Under the pieces are notes generated by a model. That model did no database searches. It saw only the letters and a list, made by a program, of their open reading frames with translations, and was not told the origin of the DNA. This document shows, one piece after another, positions 1-9,631 of a DNA stretch of 64,000 nucleotides. This DNA comes from Flagellimonas sp. (GTDB lineage Bacteria; Bacteroidota; Bacteroidia; Flavobacteriales; Flavobacteriaceae). The first letter of the stretch is position 1; each line of letters starts with the position of its first letter. The position numbers and the translations under genes were made by a program. The stretch lies in the NCBI RefSeq assembly GCF_965215805.1, contig NZ_OZ244124.1, forward strand, positions 2,358,417 to 2,422,416, in the 5' to 3' direction.

Positions 1-72
1 ACCAAATCTCTATTCTTTTTTTACCATTTGTAGCGCGAATTGAATTTATTTAAGAACATCTTATTTTAATCG

Positions 73-1422
73 ATGAAGATTATTATTGCCGGAGCTGGTG
101 AAGTAGGTTTTCATTTGGCAAAACTCTTGTCTTATGAAGCGCAGGATATTACATTGATCGATACAGACAAGGAAAGCCTTACCTATGCGGACAATCATTT
201 GGATATTCGCGTACTTCGAGGTGATGCCACCTCCATAGAAGTTTTACGGGATGCCAAGGTGCAGAGCTCCGAATTGGTGATAGGAGTAACGGCTTCGGAA
301 ACTACCAATTTGACCCTTTGTATGTTGGCGAAGCAACTAGGGTGCAAACGTACCATTGCACGAATATCCAATACCGAGTTCATGGATAATAGGGAACTCA
401 TTAAGTTTGATGAGTTGGGGATAGATGAATTGATATCACCCGAGGAATTGGCTGCTACTGAGATCCAGTTATTATTGAATCAGTCGGCGTTTAATGATAC
501 CTATGAATTTGAGGGCGGTCTCTTGACCATGATTGGCGTTTTTCTTCCTAAAGCAGCCCCATTTGTGGGCAAGATGGTAAAAGAAGCCGCCAAAATCTTT
601 CCCGAACTGCACTTTATGCCCATTGCACTGCAACGCATGGGCACCCAATTTACATTGATTCCAAGAGGTGATACCGTTTTTAAGGAAGGCGATCAGGTGT
701 ACTTTATAACCACCAGTGAAGGGGTAGAGGAACTCTACAAACTAACTGGAATGCAGAAAAAGGACATCAAAAATGTGATGATCTTGGGTGGGAGCAAGGT
801 GGGCTTCAAGACAGCCAGGGACCTTTGTACCAAAAAATTCAATGTAAAGTTGATAGAAAAGGACAAGGAAAAGGCCTTTGATATAGCGGATGATCTTCCG
901 CATGCCTTGGTCATCAATGGGGATGGAAGGAATGTTGAGCTATTGGACGAAGAAAGTTTGGATTCCATGGACGCGTTCATTGCGGTAACGGGAAATTCGG
1001 AAACCAATATAATGTCCTGTTTGGTTGCAAAATCAAAAAAGATAAAGAAGACTATCGCCATGGTAGAAAATATGGACTACTTCCAGCTTTCACAGTCCAT
1101 TGGGGTGGATACACTTATCAATAAAAAACTGCTTGCAGCCAACAATATCTTTAGATATATCCGAAGAGGGGAAGTCTTGGCACTTACCCGCTTGAATAAC
1201 CTTAACGCAGAAATTCTCGAGTTTGAGGTTAAACCAACTTCCTTGGTCAACGGGGAGATTATCAAGGAATTGAATTTCCCTCGGGAAGCGAGTATTGGGG
1301 GTGTAATCCGAGATGGAAAGGGAATTATTGCCCTTGGGGATTTCAAGATTCTGGAAGGGGACCGTGTTGTGGTATGTTGCTTACCCAAGGCCATTCCAAG
1401 GATTGAAAAGCTCTTCTTATAA
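73..1422 (+). CDS. trkA: Trk system potassium uptake protein TrkA
   Basis: N-terminal GAGEVG Rossmann (RCK_N) motif, second RCK_N (GGSKVG), two RCK_C regions; stop overlaps the start of trkH. Confidence 0.95.
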   Translation: MKIIIAGAGEVGFHLAKLLSYEAQDITLIDTDKESLTYADNHLDIRVLRGDATSIEVLRDAKVQSSELVIGVTASETTNLTLCMLAKQLGCKRTIARISNTEFMDNRELIKFDELGIDELISPEELAATEIQLLLNQSAFNDTYEFEGGLLTMIGVFLPKAAPFVGKMVKEAAKIFPELHFMPIALQRMGTQFTLIPRGDTVFKEGDQVYFITTSEGVEELYKLTGMQKKDIKNVMILGGSKVGFKTARDLCTKKFNVKLIEKDKEKAFDIADDLPHALVINGDGRNVELLDEESLDSMDAFIAVTGNSETNIMSCLVAKSKKIKKTIAMVENMDYFQLSQSIGVDTLINKKLLAANNIFRYIRRGEVLALTRLNNLNAEILEFEVKPTSLVNGEIIKELNFPREASIGGVIRDGKGIIALGDFKILEGDRVVVCCLPKAIPRIEKLFL

Positions 1423-2912
1423 TGGGCCTTAATACGCGAATAATTGTTCATATCATGGGATTATTGCTGCTCTGCAATGGTTCCTTTATGCTGGTGGCGG
1501 CCTTTGTCAGTGGACTGTACAAGGATGGTGTTACCCTAGATATCAGTTTGGCGGCCATTGTAACCATGTTGTTTGGGGTTATGGCTATGTTCTATACCCG
1601 AGGTCATAGAAAGGAGGTCAAGCGTAAGGAAGGATATATTGTGGTGACCTTTGGTTGGATCATCATGTCTATTTCCGGGACGCTTCCCTACCTTTTTTCC
1701 GGAGCCATCCCAAGTATTACTGATGCCTTTTTTGAAACCATATCAGGGTATACCACTACTGGTGCATCCATTTTAAACGATATAGAGGCATTGCCCAAAG
1801 GCATTCTGTTTTGGCGAAGTTTGACGCATTGGATCGGAGGGATGGGTATCATTGTACTTGCCATAGCCATTCTACCACTTTTGGGAATAGGGGGAATGCA
1901 GCTTTTTGCGGCGGAAGCTCCAGGCCCCGCCGGAGACAAATTGCACCCTCGTATAACCGATACCGCAAAGCGATTGTGGCTCATTTACTTTGGTTACACC
2001 GTGGCAGAAACGGTACTGTTGAATTTGGCAGGGATGTCCCTGTTTGATGCCATGAACCACGCCTTGGCAACACTTTCCACTGGTGGATTTTCTACCAAAA
2101 ATGCCAGTTTGGCCTACTGGAACCATCAACCTATCATTCAATACATTACCATTTTGTTCATGTTCTTGGCAGGGAGCAATTTTGTGTTGAGCTATTTCGC
2201 GTTTACTGGAAAAGTCCAGCGAATTCTTAAAGATGAGGAGTTTAAATACTACTCCATTTTAATAGTGCTGTTTGCCTTGGCTGCTTTTTTGGTGGTGAAT
2301 TATAAGGTGGAAGTTCCAGTTTCCGATTTCCATCCCATGGTGTGGGGAGCTACTGAAAGTGCCTTTAGGCACGCCTTGTTTCAGGTGGTGGCCATTGTGA
2401 CCACTACGGGTTTTGTAACGGCTGATTTTACGAGTTGGACCTCTTTTTTGACCGTTTTCTTTTTTGGTTTGATGTTCTTGGGAGGGTCCGCAGGATCCAC
2501 TGCAGGGGGAATCAAGGTGATGCGACACTTGTTGATCATTAAAAATGGAATTTTGGAGTTTAAGCGCACCTTGCACACCAATGCCGTAATTCCTGTTCGG
2601 TATAACGAAAAGACAGTTACCGAGCATATCGTTTACAATATTATCGCCTTTTTTGTGCTTTACATGTTGCTATTTATCATAGGATCCTTGGTATTGGGCT
2701 TTATGGGACTGGATTTTGTTTCCGCCATTGGTGGTGCAGCCTCATCATTGGGTAATGTGGGACCTGCTTTGGGAGACCTAAATCCGGTAAGTAACTATGC
2801 CAGTCTTCCTGCGGCTGGTAAATGGTGGTGTGGTTTTCTTATGCTTTTGGGCAGATTGGAGCTTTTTACGGTCCTTATCCTGATGACCCCATATTTCTGG
2901 AAAAAAACGTAG
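1422..2912 (+). CDS. trkH: Trk potassium transporter membrane subunit TrkH
   Basis: Multi-TM; selectivity-filter motifs FETISGYTTTGAS, TLSTGGF, TTTGF, SLGNVGP; GGSAGSTAGGIK. Confidence 0.95.
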   Translation: MGLNTRIIVHIMGLLLLCNGSFMLVAAFVSGLYKDGVTLDISLAAIVTMLFGVMAMFYTRGHRKEVKRKEGYIVVTFGWIIMSISGTLPYLFSGAIPSITDAFFETISGYTTTGASILNDIEALPKGILFWRSLTHWIGGMGIIVLAIAILPLLGIGGMQLFAAEAPGPAGDKLHPRITDTAKRLWLIYFGYTVAETVLLNLAGMSLFDAMNHALATLSTGGFSTKNASLAYWNHQPIIQYITILFMFLAGSNFVLSYFAFTGKVQRILKDEEFKYYSILIVLFALAAFLVVNYKVEVPVSDFHPMVWGATESAFRHALFQVVAIVTTTGFVTADFTSWTSFLTVFFFGLMFLGGSAGSTAGGIKVMRHLLIIKNGILEFKRTLHTNAVIPVRYNEKTVTEHIVYNIIAFFVLYMLLFIIGSLVLGFMGLDFVSAIGGAASSLGNVGPALGDLNPVSNYASLPAAGKWWCGFLMLLGRLELFTVLILMTPYFWKKT

Positions 2913-2944
2913 TTTTCCGTTCCGAAGTAAATCAACTGGACGTC

Positions 2945-3376
2945 ATGAATAAAATATTTACTTTCCTTATTGGGATGTTGCTCCTGTGTATGGCTTGCAA
3001 TACCTCAGAAGAAGCCGATAAAGCTGAAATCATTAGCTTGTTAAGAGATCAGGAAAAAACGTGGTCAAATCACGATTTGGAGGGGTTTATGCAAACCTAT
3101 TGGAAGAGTGATTCCTTGAAGTTTTATGGAGCCAATGGCTTGACCTTGGGCTGGCAAAAAACATTGGAAGGTTACCAAAAAAGATATCCGACCAAGGATG
3201 AAACGGGAACCTTGAATTTCACTATTGATGACATGACCCAAATAGAGTCCAACTCTTATCATGTCATGGGGCAGTACCATTTAAAAAGAAAAGCTGGAGA
3301 TGCCAATGGGGTGTTTTTGATTATTCTTCGCAAGATTGATGGGGAGTGGAAAATTGTGGCGGATATGTCCTGTTGA
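2945..3376 (+). CDS. NTF2/SnoaL-fold (DUF4440/YybH-like) lipoprotein
   Basis: ATG at 2945 (MNKIFTFLIGMLLLCMAC, lipobox-like) preferred over the track start 2822, which overlaps trkH; DLEGFMQTYW...GEWKIVADMS typical of DUF4440. Confidence 0.75.
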   Translation: MNKIFTFLIGMLLLCMACNTSEEADKAEIISLLRDQEKTWSNHDLEGFMQTYWKSDSLKFYGANGLTLGWQKTLEGYQKRYPTKDETGTLNFTIDDMTQIESNSYHVMGQYHLKRKAGDANGVFLIILRKIDGEWKIVADMSC

Positions 3377-3403
3377 AATCCATTTTAGTTCTATTTTTCA
3401 AAC

Positions 3404-4351
3404 ATGCAACCACTACAGATCAGCTCGGAATTTATTGAAGAGCACACCAATTTTTTGGAATTGACCCAGGCGCTGCAAGAAGGATTTGCAAATAACAATA
3501 TGCTGGTTCCCGAGCGTCATCATCACGATTTTCCAAATCCAGAGACCCAAAAGGATACTACTTTGTTATTGATGCCTGCATGGAATCCAGGCAATGAAGC
3601 AGGGGTTAAAGTGGTAACGGTAAACCCGGGAAATGACAAATTCGACCTACCGTCCATTCAGGGAAGTTATTTGTACTTGGATGCCAAAACAGGGGTATTA
3701 AAGGCCATCATGGAGGCAAAGAATTTGACTGCCAAGCGCACTGCCGCGACATCTGCTTTGGCTTCGTCTTTTCTATCCAGGAAAAATACGGAGACCATGC
3801 TTATTATTGGTACTGGGGCCTTATCCATCAATCTGATCAGGGCGCATGCAACGGTTCGTCCAATAAAGAAGGTCTATATATGGGGTAGGAGTCAAACAAA
3901 AGCGGATGCTGTATGTCAGGAACTCTCCCAAGAGCCTTTTGAAGTTTGCAGCGTGCCTAGTGTAGCATCCTGTATTGGAGATGTGGACTTGGTGTCCTGT
4001 GCCACGCTTTCCGAAACACCTTTGGTGATTGGAAGCGACCTTGTTCCCGGACAGCATATTGATTTGGTAGGAGCCTACAAGCCAAACATGAGGGAATCTG
4101 ATGATGAGACCATTCGCAGGGCATCGGTGTTTTTGGATACTCGCGAAAGTGGGCTGAAGGAAAGTGGCGATATCGCCATCCCGTTAAAAAATGGACTTTT
4201 GAAGGAGTCGGATATCAAAGCGGATTTATTTGACTTGTGTGCGGAGGCGGTTCCTGGAAGGACTTCGGAAAATGAAATAACCCTTTTTAAATCCGTGGGA
4301 CACGCTTTGGAGGATTTGATTGCCGCAAGCTATTATTATTCCAAATTTTAA
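3404..4351 (+). CDS. Ornithine cyclodeaminase/mu-crystallin family; probable delta1-pyrroline-2-carboxylate reductase (LhpI-like)
   Basis: LLLMPAW, VKVVTV, LTAKRTAATSALA, IGTGAL, LFKSVGHALEDL motifs; directly upstream of a proline-racemase-family gene. Confidence 0.8.
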   Translation: MQPLQISSEFIEEHTNFLELTQALQEGFANNNMLVPERHHHDFPNPETQKDTTLLLMPAWNPGNEAGVKVVTVNPGNDKFDLPSIQGSYLYLDAKTGVLKAIMEAKNLTAKRTAATSALASSFLSRKNTETMLIIGTGALSINLIRAHATVRPIKKVYIWGRSQTKADAVCQELSQEPFEVCSVPSVASCIGDVDLVSCATLSETPLVIGSDLVPGQHIDLVGAYKPNMRESDDETIRRASVFLDTRESGLKESGDIAIPLKNGLLKESDIKADLFDLCAEAVPGRTSENEITLFKSVGHALEDLIAASYYYSKF

Positions 4352-4353
4352 GA

Positions 4354-5418
4354 ATGGGACAAACGTACGATAGGATTTTAGAGCATAACACATTTGATCC
4401 ACCCAAGGACTGGTTGCAGATCAAGACCATAGATATGCATACGGGAGGTGAACCCCTTCGCGTCATTGTGGGTGGTTTCCCGGAATTGAAAGGGAACAAT
4501 GTGCTGGAATACCGAAGGTATTGCAAGGAGCATTACGATGAACTGCGAACTGCTTTGATGTTTGAGCCCAGAGGGCATGCGGATATGTATGGCTGTATAC
4601 TGTTGCCTCCCAATGACGAGGAAGGCGATTTTGGGATTATTTTCCTTCACAACGAAGGGTATAGTACCATGTGTGGGCATGCCATCATAGCCATTTCCAC
4701 CCTGGCTGTTCAGATGGGGTGGGTTGATGAAAAAGAAGGAGTGACCGAGTTGAAAATTGACGCTCCTTGCGGACGAATTTACTCCTATGTTGAAATGGAT
4801 GGGAAAGAAATAAAAGGAGTTCGATTTCATTGTGTGCCCAGCTTTGTAGTGGGATTGGATAGAAAAGTAAGGGTGAAAGGATTGGGAGAGGTGACCTACG
4901 ATTTGGCATATGGCGGCGCTTTTTATACCTATGTTGACCTTAGAAAGAACAAGCTGGAATTGGCACTGGATTCAGATTCATTCCAAGATTTGATAAGAAA
5001 GGGAATGGGTATCAAGCATGCCGTGATGGAGCAAGACCAAGAGATATTGCATCCTTTTGAAGAGGATTTGAGTTTTCTTTATGGCACTATTTTTATTGAT
5101 GGTTCCGAAACTCAAGGGGTGGATAGTAGAAATGTCTGCATTTTCGCTGAGGGAGAAGTGGATCGTTGTCCCACAGGTTCCGGTGTTTCTGGTAGAATGG
5201 CCATTCATTGGGCCAGGAATGAGATAAAATCTGGGCAGGCCATGGTGATAGAAAGCATCACTAATTCCACATTTGTTGGAAGTGTGGTGAAGGAAGTTGA
5301 TTATGGTCCATTCACCGCTGTTATTCCCCAGGTTGAGGGCACGGCTCACATAACTGGGATGCATACGTTTGTTTTGGATCCCAAAGACCCCATGAAAAAA
5401 GGGTTTATCTTAAGATAA
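4354..5418 (+). CDS. Proline racemase family; probable trans-3-hydroxy-L-proline dehydratase
   Basis: IDMHTGGEPLR, PRGHADMYG, MCGH (Cys) and DRCPTGSG (Thr at the second catalytic site): Cys/Thr pair typical of dehydratases. Confidence 0.8.
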   Translation: MGQTYDRILEHNTFDPPKDWLQIKTIDMHTGGEPLRVIVGGFPELKGNNVLEYRRYCKEHYDELRTALMFEPRGHADMYGCILLPPNDEEGDFGIIFLHNEGYSTMCGHAIIAISTLAVQMGWVDEKEGVTELKIDAPCGRIYSYVEMDGKEIKGVRFHCVPSFVVGLDRKVRVKGLGEVTYDLAYGGAFYTYVDLRKNKLELALDSDSFQDLIRKGMGIKHAVMEQDQEILHPFEEDLSFLYGTIFIDGSETQGVDSRNVCIFAEGEVDRCPTGSGVSGRMAIHWARNEIKSGQAMVIESITNSTFVGSVVKEVDYGPFTAVIPQVEGTAHITGMHTFVLDPKDPMKKGFILR

Positions 5419-5448
5419 ACCCCCTTATATTCCTTTGACGGATGTGGG

Positions 5449-6636
5449 TTAGACAACTGCCTTAATTCGGGCAATGGCTTCTTTGATTTCTTCCACACTG
5501 GCTGCATAGGAAATACGGATGGAATTTCCATTTCCAAAGGCATCACCTGTAACGGTGGCCACATTGGCTTCTTCCAACAAGTACATTGCAAAATCCGAAG
5601 CATTGTTAATTTTCTTGCCGTTCAATGTCTTTCCGAAATAGGCTGAAACATCAGGATAAACATAAAAAGCACCTTGGGGCTCATTGCATTTAAAGCCTGG
5701 AATATTGTTCAGGAGTTCCAAAATGAGCTTTCGCCTGTTTTTAAACTCGTCAACCATGTATTGAACCCTGCTTGGTGGTTCCAAAAGGGCGGTGATTACC
5801 GCGCGCTGCGCAATACAGTTGGCTCCACTGGTTACTTGACCTTGCAATTTGTTGCAAGCCCGGGCAATATAGCTTGGGGCTCCAATATACCCGATTCTCC
5901 ATCCGGTCATGGCAAAAGCCTTGGCTACCCCATTCACCGTAACGGTGCGATCGTACATGTCTTCAAAACCAGCCATAGAGGCATGCTGGGTTACCCCATA
6001 GTTGATATGTTCGTAGATTTCATCACTGACCACAACAATTTGGGGATGTTTTTGGAGCACATCGGCCAAACCTCTTAATTCTTCCTTGCTATAAATGGAA
6101 CCACTTGGGTTGCAAGGAGAGGAATACCAAAGCATTTTGGTCTTTGGCGTAATCGCCGCCTCCAATTGCTCTGGTGTCATTTTAAAATCATTTTCTATGG
6201 AAGTGGCAACCTCTACGGGAACCCCATCGGCCAATTTTACAATATCGCTGTAGCTTACCCAATATGGACAAGGTAGGATAACTTCATCGCCTTTGTCCAA
6301 ACAGGCTTGCGCCACATTATAAAGAGCTTGTTTGGCCCCTGTGGAAACTACAATTTGTGAGCGGTCATAACCAATGCCGTTATCCCGCTGAAATTTGGTG
6401 ATGATGGCATCCTTAAGTTCTACATAGCCGTCAACTGGAGTGTAGGAGTTGTATCCATCATTAATGGCCTGAATGGCCGCTTCCTTAATGTAATCTGGCG
6501 TATTGAAATCCGGTTCTCCCAGACTTAAACCAATAATATCTTTTCCTGAAGCTCTCAGCTCACGGGCTTTTGCCGCCATTTCAAGGGTTGCCGAAGGAAC
6601 TAAACTATTAATTCTTTCAGAAAGTTGGTTGCTCAT
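5449..6636 (-). CDS. PLP-dependent aspartate aminotransferase family (class I/II)
   Basis: LSLGEPDF, SPCNPSG, SDEIYEH, NGVAKAFAMTGWRIGY PLP-lysine motif. Confidence 0.9.
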   Translation of the reverse strand: MSNQLSERINSLVPSATLEMAAKARELRASGKDIIGLSLGEPDFNTPDYIKEAAIQAINDGYNSYTPVDGYVELKDAIITKFQRDNGIGYDRSQIVVSTGAKQALYNVAQACLDKGDEVILPCPYWVSYSDIVKLADGVPVEVATSIENDFKMTPEQLEAAITPKTKMLWYSSPCNPSGSIYSKEELRGLADVLQKHPQIVVVSDEIYEHINYGVTQHASMAGFEDMYDRTVTVNGVAKAFAMTGWRIGYIGAPSYIARACNKLQGQVTSGANCIAQRAVITALLEPPSRVQYMVDEFKNRRKLILELLNNIPGFKCNEPQGAFYVYPDVSAYFGKTLNGKKINNASDFAMYLLEEANVATVTGDAFGNGNSIRISYAASVEEIKEAIARIKAVV

Positions 6637-6649
6637 GGACCTTGCTATT

Positions 6650-7750
6650 TTACTGAAATTGAAGGGCTGGGTTTTTCCCCAACTCCTTTAGATGTTTGAA
6701 GTGCGAAATTATGGCTTTTCGTGTAGTTTTATATTCGTTGTAGGGCAAATTAAATTCCCTGGCCGTCTGTTTCACAATTTTGGAAATTTTTGTGTAGTGA
6801 ATATGGCTGATGTTAGGAAATATATGGTGCTCCACTTGGTGGTTCAATCCACCGGTAAACCAATTTACAATCCTGTTTTTGGTCCCAAAATTAACGGTTG
6901 TAGCAAGCTGATGGATGGCCCAAGTATTTTTCATTGTACCATCTTTCTCTGGAAGCGGAGTTTCCGCATCATGGACAATATGAGCCAGCTGGAAAACCAC
7001 ACTTAGAATCACTCCCGCCACATAGTGCATAATAAAGAAGCCCAATAGTACTTGCCACCAAGGAATTTCAACAAAAATCAATGGAAGCACAATCCAAATA
7101 GTAATATATATGGCCTTTGTAATTACCAAAGTACTCCAATTGATAATCGGATTGGGTAATTTTCCATAGGACAGCTTTCGCTTCATGTAGCGATACATTT
7201 GCTGAAAATCTGTGGTGATGGCCCAGTTGAAAGTCAAAAGTCCATACAAGAAAATGGAATAGTAATGCTGAAATTTATGGTGTTTCTGCCATGCTGCATG
7301 TTTGGAAAAACGAAGGATACGGCCTGCCTCCATGTCTTCATCGTGCTCGTGGATATTGGTATAGGTATGGTGCAATACATTATGCTGTACCTGCCAATTG
7401 TAAACATTGCCTGCCAAGATGTAGATACTACCCCCCATTAACTTGTTCACCCATTTTTTGGTGGAATAAGAGCCGTGGTTTCCATCGTGCATAACGTTCA
7501 TTCCAACTCCGGCCATGCCCACACCCATGGTTATGGATAACAATACGTAGCCCCAAAAAGGTAAGTTTAAGGTCAGCATTAAAAAATAGGGAGTCAAAAA
7601 GACGGCGAACATCACTATGGTTTTCAAGTGAAGTTTCCAATTACCGGTTTTCTTGATTTGGTTTTCACTAAAGTATTGGTTAACCCGTTTATTTAGTGTT
7701 CTAAAAAATTGTGCGGAATCTTTTCTTGAAAACCGTATGGTATTTTCCAT
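6650..7750 (-). CDS. Membrane fatty acid (acyl-CoA/acyl-lipid) desaturase
   Basis: Three His boxes HDGNH, HNVLHH, QVEHH plus TM segments. Confidence 0.92.
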   Translation of the reverse strand: MENTIRFSRKDSAQFFRTLNKRVNQYFSENQIKKTGNWKLHLKTIVMFAVFLTPYFLMLTLNLPFWGYVLLSITMGVGMAGVGMNVMHDGNHGSYSTKKWVNKLMGGSIYILAGNVYNWQVQHNVLHHTYTNIHEHDEDMEAGRILRFSKHAAWQKHHKFQHYYSIFLYGLLTFNWAITTDFQQMYRYMKRKLSYGKLPNPIINWSTLVITKAIYITIWIVLPLIFVEIPWWQVLLGFFIMHYVAGVILSVVFQLAHIVHDAETPLPEKDGTMKNTWAIHQLATTVNFGTKNRIVNWFTGGLNHQVEHHIFPNISHIHYTKISKIVKQTAREFNLPYNEYKTTRKAIISHFKHLKELGKNPALQFQ

Positions 7751-7834
7751 AAAATATTTTTTTATAAAAATAGCTATTAATGTCTTGCAATAGCCACTTC
7801 CATTTCTAAACGAGAATTAGGTGCCCAAAAGTAT

Positions 7835-7842
7835 TAATTTTG
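7835..7842 (+). promoter_or_regulatory. Bacteroidota sigma-ABfr -7 element (TAATTTTG) for rsmG
   Basis: Exact TAnnTTTG 20 nt upstream of the rsmG ATG. Confidence 0.6.
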
Positions 7843-7862
7843 CCGAAATTAACAGTTAACAA

Positions 7863-8504
7863 ATGGGCTCAGATTTGATCTTTAACTATTTTACGACACT
7901 CACCGAAAAACAGAAGGAGCATTTTCAGGCTTTGGAGGCATTATATCAGGATTGGAACAAGAAAATAAATGTAGTGTCCAGAAAAGATATTGACGAGTTG
8001 TATTTGCGCCATGTACTGCATTCATTGGGGATAGCCAAAATTCAAACTTTCAATTCAGGGTCTATGGTTCTCGATGTGGGTACCGGAGGAGGTTTTCCAG
8101 GAATACCGTTGGCCATCCTTTTCCCCGAAGTCCAATTCACTTTGGTGGACGCTATTGGCAAAAAAATACGTGTGGTACAGGAAGTGGTGGATGGACTTCA
8201 GTTAGACAATGTGAAAGCTTTGCACACAAGGGTTGAGGACTTGGAGGAACAATTTGATTTTATTGTTAGCAGGGCAGTTGCCGCTATGCCAACTTTTGTC
8301 CGTTGGACCAAGGGGAAAATCAAAAAAGACTCGATGCATAGTAGAAAAAATGGGATTCTCTACTTGAAAGGTGGCGACCTGTCAGAGGAACTACGGCCCT
8401 ATCAAAACGCTCAAGTTTTTGATTTGAAGGATTATTTTTCCGAAGATTTTTTTGAAACCAAAAAGGTGGTGTATTTACCTCAAAAATACAAGGTATCCCG
8501 TTAA
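7863..8504 (+). CDS. rsmG: 16S rRNA m7G527 methyltransferase RsmG
   Basis: WNKKINVVSR, RHVLHSL, LDVGTGGGFPGIPLAI, IVSRAVA. Confidence 0.97.
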   Translation: MGSDLIFNYFTTLTEKQKEHFQALEALYQDWNKKINVVSRKDIDELYLRHVLHSLGIAKIQTFNSGSMVLDVGTGGGFPGIPLAILFPEVQFTLVDAIGKKIRVVQEVVDGLQLDNVKALHTRVEDLEEQFDFIVSRAVAAMPTFVRWTKGKIKKDSMHSRKNGILYLKGGDLSEELRPYQNAQVFDLKDYFSEDFFETKKVVYLPQKYKVSR

Positions 8505-8623
8505 ATGCTCAAGGTGTCATAATACAACAACCTACATTTTTTGGCATAGGTCTTTAAGTATTGCCATATGCTTTCATACCTATCAGCCACCATTTTTCTC
8601 CAAATACGCGTCCGTGAAGTCAT
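8501..8623 (-). CDS. Putative 40-aa small basic protein, not in the ORF track (MTSRTRIWRKMVADRYESIWQYLKTYAKKCRLLYYDTLSI)
   Basis: Hand-translated open frame ATG 8623 to TAA 8501; A-rich leader and near-consensus -7 TATCTTTA at 8643-8650; stop overlaps the rsmG stop. Confidence 0.5.
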   Translation of the reverse strand: MTSRTRIWRKMVADRYESIWQYLKTYAKKCRLLYYDTLSI

Positions 8624-8728
8624 AATTTGATGGTTTAGTTCCTAAAGATAAATAGATTACGTTTACTTTACAATTACTTAACGTTAAATTTACATAGAAA
8701 TTGTCTTGATGACGATTTTTAGCTGTCT

Positions 8729-9631
8729 CTAATTATTTATTACCAGTTTTTTGGACTCGGTAGAACCATCACCAAAATGTACTGTCACGAAATAGATTCC
8801 ATTTCCCTTTTCCAATAGATGTATAGGATTTTCCATATCTGGATTATCGATGGACTGGATTAAGATACCGTAGCTATTGTGGATATTTACCTCTGCTATT
8901 TGGGAATTCTGATTATTGGATTGAATAGTAAGTTGTGTTTTGGCTGGATTGGGATACATGATTGATTTTGCATTATTTCCACCATTTCCTCCACAATCCA
9001 ACAGAAAACTATTGCATTTTTTAATGCAATCTGTTCCATTTTCAAGAGTTACTTCGGCACAAACAGCCATATAGTAATTGGTCCAGTTTCCTGGCGGATA
9101 GTAGAAAGATGCCGTATTGCCGGTGGTCACAACTGTTCCAGAGTGCCCTGCTAAGGCCCATGTCCATTTTATGGATTTAATTTTTTCCAAATTTTCTATA
9201 GCCGCCATTCCAGTGGCGCACAATCCATTTCCGGCCTCATTGGAGAATATGATATCTTCCTCGGAAGGACAATCTCCAGATGAACCCATGCCCCCTCCAC
9301 CTTCACTGCCACCACCTTCTCCGATCATGCCATTTTCACATTCGTGGGATACGCAGGTTTCAACACAGCTCCCATTCGTAAAACGAATCAGTTTAAGTTT
9401 AAAAACTCCAGATCCACAGCTTATCGCTACATTTTGGTTCGTGTTTGAACCCATAATACTGGCGACCCCGCTACAAATCTCCCAATAATAGGCTTGGGCA
9501 TTGGTTGCACTAAAGGTTCCGTCTCCGTTATAAGAAATTGAATTGGAAACATCATTACAATTCTGACATTGCCCATAACCGGTTGGACTAAATAAAATAC
9601 ATAGGAGTACAATTGGTAATATTCTCATCAT
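8729..9631 (-). CDS. Cys-rich secreted protein with T9SS type A C-terminal sorting domain
   Basis: Probable start at 9631 (MMRILPIVLLCILFSPTGYGQ signal peptide); C-terminal MYPNPAK...NGIYFV...SKKLVIN CTD-A; Gly-rich linker. Confidence 0.8.
   Translation of the reverse strand: MMRILPIVLLCILFSPTGYGQCQNCNDVSNSISYNGDGTFSATNAQAYYWEICSGVASIMGSNTNQNVAISCGSGVFKLKLIRFTNGSCVETCVSHECENGMIGEGGGSEGGGGMGSSGDCPSEEDIIFSNEAGNGLCATGMAAIENLEKIKSIKWTWALAGHSGTVVTTGNTASFYYPPGNWTNYYMAVCAEVTLENGTDCIKKCNSFLLDCGGNGGNNAKSIMYPNPAKTQLTIQSNNQNSQIAEVNIHNSYGILIQSIDNPDMENPIHLLEKGNGIYFVTVHFGDGSTESKKLVINN

Noticed and set aside
2822-2944. ORF-track upstream extensions (also 9632-9847, 15374-15406, 18730-18777, 18817-18882, 30300-30359, 41404-41436, 43491-43529, 49722-49853, 49786-49863)
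   Set aside because: They overlap neighbouring genes or promoter elements; downstream starts give proper signal peptides or family N-termini.
7773-7794. GCTATT-N10-AATAGC palindrome between the desaturase and rsmG as a regulator site
   Set aside because: Only 6-bp arms in AT-rich DNA; could arise by chance, and no cognate regulator is nearby.
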